A DNA stretch of 64,000 bases. Origin: the human T2T-CHM13v2.0 reference genome, Homo sapiens. A program made the position numbers and the translations under genes. Of the stretch, positions 59,076-64,000 are shown in pieces (the stretch's first letter is position 1; each line of letters begins with the position of its first letter). The stretch is taken from the NCBI RefSeq assembly GCF_009914755.1, contig NC_060937.1, one strand, 5' to 3'. The notes beneath the pieces are model-generated. The model did not search any database, had not been told where the DNA came from, and saw only the letters and a program-made list of their open reading frames with translations.

Positions 59076-60137
59076 AATATATTTTCTTTATCCACTCCTT
59101 GATTGATGGGCATTTGGACTAGTTCCATATTTTTGCAATTGCAAATTGTGCTTCTATAAATAGGCATGTGCAAGTATATTTTTCTTTAATGACGTCTTTT
59201 GCTCTCGGTAGATACCTAAGAGTGGGATTGCTGGATCAACTGGTAGATCTTTCAGTTCTTTAAGGAATCTCTACACTGTTTTCCATAATGGTTGTACTAG
59301 TTTACATTCCCATCAATAATGTAAAAGTGTGCCCTTTTCACCACATCCACACTAATATCTATTATTATTTTTTGATTAGGCCCATTCTTGCAAGAGCGAG
59401 GTGGTATTGCATTGTGGTTTTGATTTGTATTTCACTGACAATTAGTAATGTTGAGCTTTTTGTATATGTTTATTGGCCTTTTGTATGTCTTCTTTTGAGA
59501 GTTATCTATTCATATCCTTAGCCCACTTTTTGACGGGATTGTTTTGTTCTTGCTGATTTGAGTTCCTTGGAGATTCTAGATAGTAGTCCTTTGTTGGATG
59601 TATAGATTGTGAACATTTTCTCCCACTCTGTGGGTTGTCTGTTTATTCTACTGAATATTTCTTTTGCTGTGCAGCTTTTTAGTTTAATTAAATCCCATCT
59701 ATTCATCTGTGTTTTTGTTGTGTTTGCTTTTGGATTCTTGGTCATAAAATCTTTGCCTAAGCCAATGTCTAGAAGGTTCCTTCCAATGTTATCTTCTAGA
59801 ATCTTCATAGTTTCAAGTCTGTAAGTCTTTGATTCACCTTGAGTTGAATTTTGTATAGGGTGAGAGATGAAGATACAGTTTCATTCTTCTACATGTGGCT
59901 TGCCAGTTATCTCAGCACCATTTGTTGAACAGGGTGTCCTTTTTGCACTTTATGTTTTTGTTTGCTTTGTCAAAGACCAGTTGGCTGTAAGTATTGGCTT
60001 TATCTCCGAGTTCTCCATTCTGTTTCATTGCTCTATATTCCGATTTTTATACCAGTACCATGCTGTTTTGGTGACTATGGCCTTATAGTATAATTTGAAG
60101 TCAGGTAATGTGATGCCTATGAATTTGTTTTTTGGTC

Positions 60138-60431
<294 letters not shown>

Positions 60432-62601
60432 TTTGTTTAGTCTTGATTTGGCTATGCGGGCTCTTTTTGGTTCCATATGAATTGTAGGGAGTTTTTTCTA
60501 GTTTTGTGAAGAACGATGGTGGTATTTTGATGCGAATTGCATTGAATTTATAGATTGCTTTTGGCAATATGGTCATTTTCACAATATTGATTCTACCCAT
60601 CCATGAGCATGGGATGTGTTTACATTTGTTGGGTCGTCTATGATTTCTTTCAGCAGTGTTTTGTAGTTTTCCTTGTGGAAGCCTTTCACATCCTTGGTTA
60701 CATATAATCCTAAGTTTGTTGTTGTTGTTGTTTTTGTTTGGTTTGGTATTGTGAAAGGGGTTGAGTTCTTGATTTGATTCTTGGCTTGGTCGCTATTGGT
60801 GTATAGCAGAGCTACTGATTTGTTTATATTAATTTTGTACCGTGTAACTTTGCTGAATTGATTTACCATTTCTAGGAGCTTTTTGGATGAGGCTTTAAGG
60901 GTTTTCTAGGTATACAATCATGTCATCAGCAAATAGCGACACTTTGACTTCCTCATTACCACTTTGGATGCCTTTTATTTCTTTCTCTTGTCTGATTGCT
61001 CTGGCTAGGACTCCCAGAGTACTATGTCGAACAGAAGTGATGAAAGTGGGCATCCTTGTCCTGCTCTGGTTCTCAGGGGGAATGCTTTCAAGTTTTCCCT
61101 GTTCAATATAATGTTGGCTGTGGGTTTGTCATAGATGGCTTTTATTGCCTTAAGATATGTCCCTTCTATGCCAATTTTGCTGAGGGTTTTAATCATAAAG
61201 GATCCTGAATTTTGTCAAATGCTTTTTCTGTGTCTATTAAGATGAATATGTGACTTTTATTTTTAAATCTGTTCATGTTGTGTATTACATTTATTGACTT
61301 ACGTATGTTAAACCATCCCTGCATTCTTGATTTGAAACTCACTTGATCATGGTGGATTATCTTTTTGATATGCTGTGGGATTCTGTTAGCTAGTACTTAG
61401 CTAGTATTCTGTTAGCTAGTATTCCCTGTTTTGGTATTAGGGTGATACTGGCTTCACAGAATGATTTAGGGATGATTACCTCTTTCTCTATCTTGGAAGA
61501 GTGTCAATAGGATTGGTACCAATTCTTCTTTGAATATCTTATAGAATCAGCTGTGAATTCATCTGGTCCTGGACATTTTTTTTTGTTGGTAACTTTTGAA
61601 TTACCATTTAAAATGCTGCTTGTTATTGCTCTGTTCAGAGTTCTTATTTCTTCCTGTTTTAATCTAGGAGGGTTATATTTTTCCAGGAAGTTATCCATCA
61701 CCTCTAGATTTTCTCATTTATGTGTGTAAAGGTGTTCACAGTATCCTTGAATGATCATTTGTATTTTTATGGTATCAGTTGTAATATCTCCTGTGTCATT
61801 TCTAATTGAGCTTATCTGGATATTCTCTCTTCTTTTCTTGGTTAAATTCGCTAATGTTCTATCAATTTTATTTATCATTTAAATGTACCAGCTTTTTAAT
61901 TCATTTATCTTTGTATTTTTTGTTTCAATTTCATTTAGTTCTGCTCTGATCTTGGTTATTTCTTTTCTTCTTCTGGATTTGGCTTTGGTTTGTTCTTGTT
62001 TATCTAATTCCTTGAGGCATGACCCTAGGTGACTCTTTTTTCTTTGGCTTTGTTGGATTGGGTTAATTCAAAAGCACAAATTGTCTATTTGTGCTCTTTC
62101 AGGCTTTTTGATATAAGCATTTAATGCTATGAACTTTCCTCTTAGCACCACTTTTGCTGTATCCAGCAAAAGTTTTGATAAGTTGTGTCACTATTATTGT
62201 TCAGTTCAAAGAATATTTCATTGTTAACCCAACAATTGTTCAGGAGCAGGTTATTTAATTTTCATGTATTTTCATGGTTTTGAGGGTTCCTTTTGCAGTT
62301 CATTTCTAATTTTATTCCACTGTGGTCTGAGACTACAGGCTATAGTTTTGATTTTCGTAAATTTGTTGAGACTTGCTTTGTGGCCTATCATATGGCCTAT
62401 CTTGGAGAACGTTCCATGTGCTGATGAATAAAATGTATATTCTGCAGTTTTGGGGCAGAATGTTTTGTAAATATCTGTTAAGTCCATTTGTTGTAGAATA
62501 TAGTGTAAGTCCATTGTTTGTTGACTTTCTATCTTGATGACCTGTCTCATGCTATCAGTGGAGTATTGAAGTCCCCCACTATTATTGCATTGCTGTCTAT
62601 C

Positions 62602-63009
62602 TCATTTCTTAAATCTAGTAAGCAATTGTTTCATATATTGGGGAGCTCCAGCATTAGGTGCATATATATTTGGGATTGTGATATTTTCCTGTTGGACTAC
62701 TCCTTTTATCATTATATAATGTCCCTCTTTGTCTTTTTTAACTGCTGTTACTTTAAAGTGTGTTTTATCTGATATAAGAATAGCTACTCCTGCTTGCATT
62801 TGGTGTCCATTTGCATGGAATATCATTTTCCACCTCTTTACCTTAAGTTTATGCAAGTCCTTATGTGTTAGGTGACTCTCTTGAAGACAGCAGATACTTG
62901 GTTGGTGAATTTTTATCCATTCTGACATTCTGTATCTTTTAACTGGAGCATTTAGGCTATTTACATTCAACATTAGTATTGAGATGTTAGGTACTATTCT
63001 ATTCATCAT
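62602..63009 (-). pseudogene. L1 ORF2 endonuclease-domain remnant
   Basis: LNVNSLNAP, CCLQESHL, AGVAILISDK, NIYAPN motifs; stop after 135 aa. Confidence 0.9.
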
Positions 63010-63121
63010 GCCATTTGTTGCCTGATTTTTTGTTTTTTGTTTTTTGTTTTTTCTTCATTGTGTTGTTGTTTTATAGGTCCTGTGAGATTTATGCTTTAAG
63101 GAGATTCTATTTTTGCATATT

Positions 63122-64000
63122 TCAAGGATTTGTTTCAAGATTTAGAGCTTCTTTTAGCAGTTCTAGTAGTGCTGGCTTGGTAGTGCAAATTCTCTCAGCA
63201 TTTGTTTGTTTGAAGATTGTTATCTTTCCTTCATTTATGAATCTTACTTTTGCTGGATACAGAATTCTTGGTTGATAATTGTTGTGTTTAAGGAGGCTAA
63301 AGATAGGACCCCAATCCCTTCTAGCTTGTAGGGTTTCTGCTGATAAATCTGCTGTTATTCTGATAGGTTTTCCTTTATAGGTTACCTGATGCTTTTGCCT
63401 CACAGTTCTCAAGATTCTTCCCTTTGTCTTGACTTCAGATAATCTGATGACTATATGCCTAGATGATGGTCTTTTTGCAATGAAGTTCCCAAGTGTTCTT
63501 TGAGCTTCTTGTATTTGAATGTCTAGATCTCTAGCAAAGCCAGGGATGTTTTCCTTGATTATTCCTTCAAATATGTGTTCCAAATTTTGGATTTCCCTTC
63601 TTCCTTGGTAACACCAATTATTCTTAGATTTGGTCACTTAACATGATCCCAAGCTTCTTAGAGGCTTTGTTCATTTTTTTAAAATTTTTTTCTTCAGCTT
63701 TGTTGGATTAATTTGAAAGCCTTGTTTTTGAGCTCTGAAGTACTTTCTTCTGCTTGTTCAATTTTATTGCTAAGACTTTCCAGTGCAGTTTTCATTTCTC
63801 TAAATGTGTCCTTGATTTCCGAAGTTGTGATTTTTTTAATGCTATTTCATTGGATATTTTTCCTTTCATGTCCTGTATCATTTTTGTTTGATTTCTCTAA
63901 GTTGGACTTCACCTTTCTTGGTTCCTTTTTGTTTGACTTAATAATCAACCTTACGAATTCTTTTCCTGGCAATTTAGAGATTTCATCTTAGCTTGAATCC
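63122..64000 (-). pseudogene. L1 ORF1p remnant
   Basis: QIQEAQRT, YKGKPIRITADLSAETLQARRDW motifs. Confidence 0.9.

Overview
Primate (human-like) repeat-rich non-coding DNA, intronic or intergenic. No host protein-coding exon, RNA gene or CRISPR array can be supported. The window holds about 18 Alu/FLAM/FAM copies, three large L1s (an L1PA with both ends and an RT deletion, a multiply deleted L1PB, and an L1PB carrying a second antiparallel L1PB), many MaLR/ERV1/ERVL solo LTRs, MIR/L2 relics and DNA transposons, often nested. The most unusual signals are: (1) a decayed in-frame Penelope-like (Neptune-type) Cys-linker plus GIY-YIG endonuclease remnant at about 39.55-39.77 kb; (2) two local inverted duplications with roughly 0.5 kb spacers (14.6-15.7 kb and 52.5-53.4 kb); (3) several templated-insertion or hairpin scars inside repeats. 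Subfamily names come from recalled consensus similarity by eye, not from a search, and boundaries of old elements are approximate.
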